In this document: piece by piece, positions 55,679 to 64,000 of the stretch
Layout: every line of letters starts with the position of its first letter
Position numbering within the stretch: the stretch's first letter is position 1
Source of the DNA: Paramecium tetraurelia
Taxonomy: Eukaryota
NCBI GenBank assembly: GCA_000165425.1
Contig: CT868072.1
Location: forward strand, 1-64,000
Reading direction: 5' to 3'
Length of the DNA: 64,000 nt
The notes under the pieces: generated by a model
Databases searched by the model: none
What the model saw: only the letters and a program-made list of their open reading frames with translations
What the model was told of the DNA's origin: nothing
Program-made: the position numbers and the translations under genes

Positions 55679-55701
55679 TTGGTTTATTAGAAATCATATT
55701 A

Positions 55702-56526
55702 TCACTCAATAAATTTAGTTTCTCTAAGTGTTTCTTCAACTTTATAGATTTTCTTCAAGTAGTCTCTCACATCATTTTCCTACTTCAATCTCTCAAGTAT
55801 GTTCATCAATCTTTATAAGTCATCTTTCGTATCTGTGTTATCTGCCAAAAACATTCTAACAGGAATTGCTATCATATATCAAACAAAGAGAATACAATTA
55901 TCTCCTGTAGTCCAGAAGCTTAATGGTTTGGAATCAACATAGACTACTTTCTTTCTATCTCTGCCTAGAAGGTCGAGATCTTTAAAATAATCTTCTAAAT
56001 CATCTTCCTCAACTAGATTGCATTATTCCTGACAGAAGATGTGATCTTTAGGAAATTATGGACACAGTTTTTCTAAGACTCTCTCAACATAAATCCTTTA
56101 ACCCCTAGACCAAATAACTGGTTCAGTGTGATTGAGGAAGTACTCTAAAAATTCATCCAACTATTCTCTCTTATACACATGAACAAAATTATCGAATTCT
56201 GGCAGATCAATGTAAAAATCATATTGTCTCAAGGGTGCATTCATGAACATATCTTTTGGGTCTGGAACAAATGAATATACCAAGACTTCGTCTAATTCCA
56301 TAACAACAGTTAATTTATCAGAGTATTATTTCTTTTTGATAGGCAAGAGTTTAGGTTTATTTTAATTTTCCTCTTTCACTTTATTAAATGCTGGTTGTAG
56401 TTGTTTCCAAGTGGCAGGATCATAGGCTGAATCATCGACCTTTTCCTCCTTTTTATTGAACCATCCAAATAAGCCATAGGATTATTTATGATTTATTTAG
56501 CGAAGACTTCTTAAAATTTTAATCAT
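55702..56526 (-). CDS. NIF/FCP1-like HAD domain protein, TIM50-like (mitochondrial presequence; DxDxT degenerate)
   Basis: MIKILRSLRQ presequence; LTVVMELDEVLV; VYKRE.LDEFL; YFKDLDLLGRD.KKVVYVD. Confidence 0.82.
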
Positions 56527-56542
56527 ATTTAATATATAATAA

Positions 56543-57490
56543 TCAATTTACCAATTACTCCAATTTTGATAATATTTGTTATGGATGTTCCACTTTTACC
56601 ATTTTCATTATTTTAATGATGAGATCTGAATCATTGTAAGGATTTTATTTCATTTTTTCCACTAATTTCAAGATGTAGACCATACAAGCCTCATTTTTCA
56701 TATTTTCATCCAAGTCTAAGAGTCTTTTGGCTATTTTGATAAATTATTGAATATCTTGTAGTAGGAGAAAGACTTGATTGATTTTAAACATGAAATTGTC
56801 ATTGGTCTCAATCTTAAAGAGCGATTTGATTGCTTGGATATCATGATTCTGATGATTTTGTAGTTGTTTAATGGCATCTATGATCTATTGATCAGTAGAA
56901 TGCTTCAATTGAAGTGTTTATTCTAATTGATTTTTAAAGTACAAAAAGCAATCTACATATTTGGAATCGCATTTCCATTTCTGGATGATAGGGAATACTT
57001 GATCCAGATTGTAATGTTCTTCATGTTAATCATAAATGATTTCGCAAATTGATCTGCAAAACTATTCCAGATGAGAAACTCCCAGCATTACAGTCTTAAT
57101 CTTTTCAGCCGTCATTACTAATTGATCAACTGAATTGACTGAGAAGATTTCCATCAGTTTATTTAGTTCTTTGTCTTCATTTTCAAATGTTCCTGTCTTC
57201 ATATTTTTGTTAATGCTTTATATAAAATTAAAAGACTCTTGCAGTTCTGATTTAGTTTCTGAGTAGAGGAGTTTTAATTGATTGAGTTGATCAGTTAGAA
57301 ATGCATTATTTTCGACAAGTCTTTGATTTTCTTTTTTGATGCGATTCAATTCTTGTGTCAATAATGAATTTTCATTTGTCAATGTTTGGAATGTTGTGTT
57401 TTCTTTCATTTGGTATTCTTGATTCTATTTCTTCATTTGGTTAAATTCATTAAGAAATTTTGATAGCAATTCTGTGTTATCTGTTGACAT
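56543..57490 (-). CDS. Coiled-coil protein, CEP70-like C-terminus
   Basis: N-terminal coiled coil; VSHLEQFCRSICEII and IKSLFKIE..FMFKINQVFLLLQDIQQFIKIAKRLLDLD resemble CEP70. Confidence 0.6.
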
Positions 57491-57602
57491 TATTATTCAA
57501 ATTTAAATTTTAATTAATTTTTATTAATATTTCATGAGTTCATAGAAATATAATAGTATGGTTAAGGGTGATACAGACAGATACAATATAAAAAAGAAGG
57601 AA

Positions 57603-58400
57603 TCATCTCTTAAACTTGGTTTTCAATCTTTGATACTTGCTATTCTCTGAATTGGCTCTATTATCCTTCATTTTGCGTATTTATTGACTTGTAAATTCGA
57701 AGGAAACCCTTTTACTGCTCGATCTCACCATAGAACTATTAAGACTTTGAGTGCTGGGTCTGCTGCCTATCCTCAAGACTTCAAATGAGGTGGATTTGAG
57801 AATGCCCCTGGGAGTGGATGTAGAACTACCTCTTTGAGATTGTAATCCATCCTTATTCTAAATAATCCTCGACAATCTTTGGGGTTTAGGTAAGGGAAAA
57901 CTTGTAATTTCGCAATGATCATTCACAATCTATGTGACAAAAATTTATCGTTTAGCATTACGAGTCTATATCATATTAGTTGATAGTTATGTTTGACTTT
58001 TTCGATGATTTTAGTGAATTTACATACCTATGAATTATTCAATAGAATTCCTGTTCTGCCGTCTTTAACGTGAATCAGCCAAATGTACATTATCTTATTT
58101 AGTGAAATCTTCTGCATTAATGGTCTAGGATGGACTTTCGCTTTGTTGGAATCCATTTTGACTTGAAATGCCATTCGTGGACTTAAATGGAGATGATTGT
58201 GTGAATATTTCGTCTTTGGAGACCAATGATTCTTTAAATTTACACATCAATGTGTTTATCGCATTCATCCTGTTATGAACTGAAGAATCTTTTTCATTGC
58301 AGTCGATATGAAAATTGGGGGTGAGCGATTTGCATTCAATGAATTTGATGGCTTCGTCGGAATTAATTGAGTCTTCTTCTGTATCAAATTGTTAATTCAT
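57603..58400 (-). CDS. Disordered hypothetical protein with GILK and RVSF PP1-docking-like motifs
   Basis: Intronless 265-aa ORF; TPRGILKS...SSKRVSFEF. Confidence 0.75.
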
Positions 58401-58409
58401 TTTTATAAA

Positions 58410-59966
58410 ATGTTAAATGATAATTAATTGATTTCTATTGATTGGAGATCTATCACTTATAATGTATCAACAAGCATGTTCCAGATTGTGAGTGGCTACA
58501 TATGCGCCGACCTAATGTCGTTGCTCAATTTGCACTTCATGGGGTAATACACAGATAAATACCAAACTGCCTCGTATGGGATTGCATGGATGATAATCCA
58601 GTTACAATTCGTTCCCTTGGGATTAGGTTTACTATCCCTGATATTTAGGCATCAATCAAGGACTGAACAATCAGGTATCCTATGCTCTGGGACAGAACAA
58701 GACAAAACTCTCTCAAACCTACTTGAACTTCGCAATCTATTCCATAATTATTATATCCTTCCCCTTTTTCCTCTTCATTTACAATTCGCGATATCTAGTT
58801 CAATTCATAGTTCAAGAAGAAACAGAAATCATAACTTAATACGCATGGTATATAATTTCAAATAAATAAGGAAACCAGGCAAATGATCATTCCTTTATTT
58901 ATAGCCGCATTTCTGCTCTTATAAATTGAATGCCTAAAATAATATCTTGTCGGATGCAGAATATTCGAGCCTTTCCCCTTCATCTATGCCTCCACCCTCG
59001 TATTCCATTTGCTAACATGCTCGTTCCTATTCATAGTCTGTAACCTCGGATACATGGGTTTATGCCTGGCCATCATTCTAAGTGAAGTAACTAAACTCCT
59101 AAATTAATACTCAAGTTATTCACCTTACTGATGTTGATCAGATACATCTACAAGAACCCAGAGGTGTACAATTTATTCGCCAACTTCGAGTTCTCATGCC
59201 AAATACTCCACTTCAGAGAAACATACCAAATGTTTATCAAAGAGTCCCTCCCATTAATCCTACACATTTACGCCGACTTCATAGTTTTCTACATACTGTC
59301 CTTCGTGGCCTTCTCTCTAGGAGTCAATCAAGCCAATGCTCAACTGGCATTCGCCAACACTAGTTCAATCTATTTCAAGTTCCCAATTAGTTTATCAGTA
59401 ACCCTGATGTCATTCGTTGGAAACAGTCTGAGTAAGATTTCCTTATCAATGTAGGTCAACGTAAAATCGCTTTGGCTAAACAGTACATCATCAGTGGCAT
59501 GTGTCTCCAAGGAGTTGTACTAGTTTCATTGGTCATTGGTATCACTTTTTTCAAGGATGAATGGAGTCGCTTATATTCATCCGATTTACAGATTCAACAA
59601 ATAATGCTAGAAACCCTGCCATATTTTCTTATTGGAAGTGTGTGTTTCGATGGGATCCAAGGAGCATTGTCTGGAGCATTAAAGGGAGTCAACAAATCAA
59701 CAATTGTATCCAATCAAACCATGATATCATACTACATAATTGGAGTTCCAGTTGTGTTAATTTTAGCTTATGTCTTCAATCTATAATTGATTGGTATTTG
59801 GTTGGGCTTTGGTCTATGCAATTTGTATTTGACAATCGTATTTCTTTATGTCCTCAAGAATTTAAATTGGACTGAATAGGCTGATTTGATAACTTAAAAG
59901 CTCTAATAACACGAAGATTGTCTAGGAGATATAGATCTACCCTTAATGTAAATATAGTAAGAATGA
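58410..59966 (+). CDS. MATE-family efflux transporter
   Basis: Multiple TM helices; FDGIQGALSGALKG, YYIIGVPVVLILAY..GIWLG, C-terminal NWTEQA. Confidence 0.9.
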
Positions 59967-59994
59967 AAATGAAATATAATGTACAATATTATTG

Positions 59995-60780
59995 CATCAT
60001 TGTTACTCTCATTCTCTTAATTTTCATTTATTTTTACCTTAGATTCCCGATGTCCTATTGAAATTATTGCTGAAAGTTGTTGCATTTACAATTTCAGAAT
60101 ATCCTTCTTCTTCTGATGTGGTAAATTATCATCTAATCCTGAATCACTTATTCTTTTTCTTCCATGTCTGCATTCTCCTTCGTTTTATTTTGTTTCTACC
60201 AACCCAATTTGTCTTCTCAGATATTGGTTTCTCTAGATTAGTTTCAAATCACCATATTTGTTCATTTCTATTTAATATCCTTCATATTATGCTTTGCTAT
60301 TATTGGTTCTTCTTATCATCTACTAATTCATAATTCTTTAAGAGTTTCTTCCCATAATTAGTTGAAATAGGTGCACTTTTAAATTGTTTATGATTCTATG
60401 CCGATTGTATCAAAACATTTTGTCAATCATATTTATTCTTATATATACCACAAAACCTACATGCAATAATTTCTTTTAATTATTATCAACCACTTTCATT
60501 GAACCAGAGTTCACCCTTCGAATAATCCTGCATAGTTAAACACTTTTGCTATAAATTTACGATCAAAAGGAGATTAATTATTATAATTGTTCTATTCTTT
60601 GGTAATTCTCTCTGATCCATCTTTACGCTACTTGTTACTTCTTTTCCTTCCTTCAACCTTTTACTTTATCTATTTTATCCTCTCTTTCATGATTAATTAA
60701 TTTAATCCATTATATAGACTGTCATTCACTTCTTACTCTATTGGCATTTCTCTTAAAATATAAAATCATCCTCTCATTAT
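59995..60780 (-). pseudogene. Probable decayed coding sequence
   Basis: Purine-rich coding-like minus strand with TGA stops in all frames; no consistent model. Confidence 0.25.
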
Positions 60781-61768
60781 CAAATACTTTAAAATTTTAA
60801 AACTTAAAATAATTTTCACTATTATATTTAATAATAATTAATTATATTTAAGCATCAAACAAATAATCATTGTTTCATCAAATTGAACATCATACTTTAA
60901 AACAATCCTTGTCGTTGAGAGAATTGATGAATAATCCTATGATATATAGTCTCCTTATATTTTCAAATCAACATTAATTTAGATGAGGATTTCTGATATA
61001 TATCTTACTTCATATACTAAATACTTACGTATCAATTATTACGATAATTTCAAACATCCTTACTCCCTCAATCGATTTTAAATCTAGAAAAAAGGTTAAA
61101 ATTAATTATAACTTCTTAAATATTCTAATAATTTGCCTTATTTCCTGTACTTTTTTTAATTTTTCCATTCTGTCTTTCTCTTTCTCAGTTTTCTATATTT
61201 TTGTAATTTTGAAAGGTTCCACTTAAAAATTCATTTTTTGATTCACATATTTTTGGATATTCCTTTTTCCAACACAACACTTAAGTTTTTGCATATTTTT
61301 GTACCTGCTAAACTGACTTTCAACTCTTTGTTAAAATGTGCATTTATATATATTTCCTATCCTTTCCACTTATTAATTAGGATTATTCAATACTTATCAT
61401 AAGGTGTTTACATTCTTATTTTAATTTTATGTTTAATTGAAATTTCCTTATGTAATATGATATAAACTATAATTACAGATATTTGTTATTTTAATTTATC
61501 ATAATCATTCAAATAAATAACTCATATGATTACAAAAGATAAGTAGTCATTAATAATTATTTTATAGTTCTACATTAATTCAATTAATTTTTCTTCAGTT
61601 ATGGTCTACCAAACCTATTAGCACTTAAGTTAAAATATATTTAATTCTAGTAATACAGAATGTATTACACAAAATACTACCAATAAATTATACAAACACT
61701 ACCCAGATATTAGATTAGAATTGTTCGATAAAAACTTCAGTGTAAATTTATTCATTATTTATAATTAA

Positions 61769-64000
61769 TCATTTCTCTGTTAATTCTCTATATCCTTTCC
61801 AATCGCTAGGTTTCTGATAATTGGTTTCCTCCATACTATGTAAAACTGCTTCTGTTGGACCATCATTTGGCTTTAGTTTAAGAGCCTCTTGGAACATGGC
61901 ACGAGCAGTCTTCCAATCTCCGTCCAAATAGGCTTAAAAGGCTTTGCCAAATACTTCCTATTTAATGATTAAACTAAATAATTACCATAAAATCTTTCTT
62001 AAATCCAGTCAATAAAAATCTCATATCTTTGTTATCTTAAAGATGTTCTATAGCTTTAAATTCTCCACTTTCAACCTGTTCTTTAATTTCCAATTTCTTT
62101 TATCTCAAAAGCATTTTCAACTCTTCTTTAGTGAAATCTTTGTATTTGGCTGATGGATCATTACTAGGAGGTAAATTGTCCACATTCATATCAATAGTAT
62201 AAAGACTAACTGGGATGTTGGAACCCTTGACACAAACTCTGTCAATGTGTCTGATATATTCTTGGAATTCAGGTGAGAAATGCTCATAAAGTGATTCAGA
62301 AATCAAAATGGGCACACCATATTGTTTAGTAGCTGCTTCTAGTCTTGATGCCATATTCACATTGGGACTCAAGTAAGAAGCATCAATTTTATAGTTGGAT
62401 CCAATGGCTCCTTCGATTCCCCATCCCATGTGGAGTCCAAACCCTATCTTGACCTTGTAATTGTCCATTCTCGCTTAAAGTCTTTTATCTTGTCTGTAAG
62501 CGAGGATCTTGGGTTCTCTGTTTATTTTGCATTGAATCTTCATAAACGAGATCAAGGCACAATCAGACAAGGTTGAAATATATCTATGATTAGAATAATC
62601 AATTACTATTTGTCATGCCAAATTACATTGTCATCTTCAAAAGAATATGTTTCTGGTCTAGTTTTCCACACCAATAAAAATGCATCGCCAATATTCTTGT
62701 TTGCTGCTCCCATGTATCTATCGACCATGGTGTGTACAATGTCTCCAATATTATTCACAAACACCATGACATCCTCTTAAAGTACTTCGGTTGCATCAGT
62801 GAAATTTCTGATATCACAAAATCCATAGATAGCTACTTTTTTTATTCCAGGCAACATGGGATCGACATCTCCTTACTTTTTCATATTTATTCTAATAATT
62901 TCAGTACCAGCATCACCAAATCCTAAGGCAAGCAATGTTCCAATTTTAACAATTGTATTTTCAATCTTAACTGTTTCATTTGAGTTTTCATTCTGTATCA
63001 CAGCCATTTCTGTAACAATTTAAGGATCATTGGCTATTTTATTAATTTTTTCAATCATTCTTTCCAAGGGTCTCAATGCCAAATCATTAGAATCCTTTGA
63101 AAACATCATAGCTCCAAAAGTCAAGACTATGCTCACAAAGATAGTTCTGATAATTGATAAGATACTTGTCATCACAGCTGCTTATCTTGTACTCAAGATA
63201 CCCACAACATCAGGGTTGTCCTTGCTAAAAGAATATAATTTATTAAAATACTCGAAAGACGCAATGGCAGCATCAGGTAGATTAGTAGTTTTGATGAGAG
63301 TGTCATAATCTAAGGTGTATGCACCGACATCCTACTCGTCAGTTCTTAAATTTGGATAGTCATCATTCTAATAAATGGGGAAATCCTCATAATTGTAAAG
63401 GGGACTAGTGAACAACACAATGTAATTATCGATTCCACTATGATCAATGATAATTTATGAGTATGCATTTTTAACATCTTCATATGTTGAGGCTTCTGAT
63501 TCAGCAAGTTTTACAAATTATTAAGATTACATCAACATACTTGTTGGAGGAGACACAAAGTAATCCACAGAAAACAAGGGAATTAAAAACAATAAAGCCA
63601 AGACCACTATAATGACCTTCTTAGTAGTTGAATCTGATAGCATTTTTGAAACCTTCGATTCTTTAGTTTCTAGTTCCTCACCTTATCCAGGATTTTGTTA
63701 TTCAACTCTATCTTATAATTGTGGTTCCACTGCATTAGTCTTTCTTTTCTATCTTCTTTGTGAAAGCAATTTTTAAACTTTATCTTCGTCATCCTTGTTA
63801 GCAGATTTATAAACTTTAACCAACCTTATCAACCTCACCAACCTAACTACTCTACCCGCCTTAGTTCCCACTCTAGATGCTCTTCCTGCTCTTGCCAGGC
63901 CTGCTGTGTTTTTAGCTTAACCTCCAGCTCCACTCAATCCAACAGCCTAATTGAAAAGACTAATATCAAGCAATAAAGAAATTGTTGAAATTGTATCAAG
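61769..64000 (-). CDS. Adenylyl cyclase with N-terminal K+-channel-like domain and C-terminal TPR (5' part outside window)
   Basis: S4-like GRASRVGTKAGRVVRLVRLIRLVK; GFCDIRNFT, NKNIGDAFL, FGLHMGWGIEGAIGSNYKIDASYLSPNVNMASRLEAATK; C-terminal PNDGP..PSDWKGYRELTEK. Confidence 0.95.

Overview
Telomere-proximal end of a ciliate macronuclear chromosome, almost certainly Paramecium. Evidence: a mixed C4A2/C3A3 telomere at 1-90, very AT-rich DNA, TAA/TAG read as Gln with TGA as the only stop, 20-32 nt GT-AG introns, and intergenic gaps of 10-60 bp. The supplied standard-code ORF track is therefore fragmented, and I rebuilt gene models by hand using the ciliate code. The window holds about 35 protein genes: a surface mini-antigen, several kinases (CAMK-like, MAK, PLK4-like, TH1-AGC, and a DCX-kinase/pseudokinase pair), bZIP/Myb/HSF factors, basal-body and ciliary proteins (OFD1-like, SF-assemblin, CEP70-like, dynein LC4), AMP deaminase, FHIT, cytochrome b5, a MATE transporter and a K+-channel-type adenylyl cyclase. 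It also has tRNA-Lys(CTT) x2, tRNA-Arg(TCT), a decayed tRNA-Thr, a 150-N gap and several decayed coding-like tracts. The most striking item is a subtelomeric ~913-aa toxin-like fusion: an R-S-E ADP-ribosyltransferase domain, a glycine-zipper hydrophobic segment and a PEBP/YbhB-like C-terminal domain. A second theme is enzymes lacking key catalytic residues, including adjacent FHIT (His to Phe) and AMP deaminase (Glu to Leu) genes beside a cyclic-nucleotide-binding protein. All family calls come from motif recognition by eye, not database searches.
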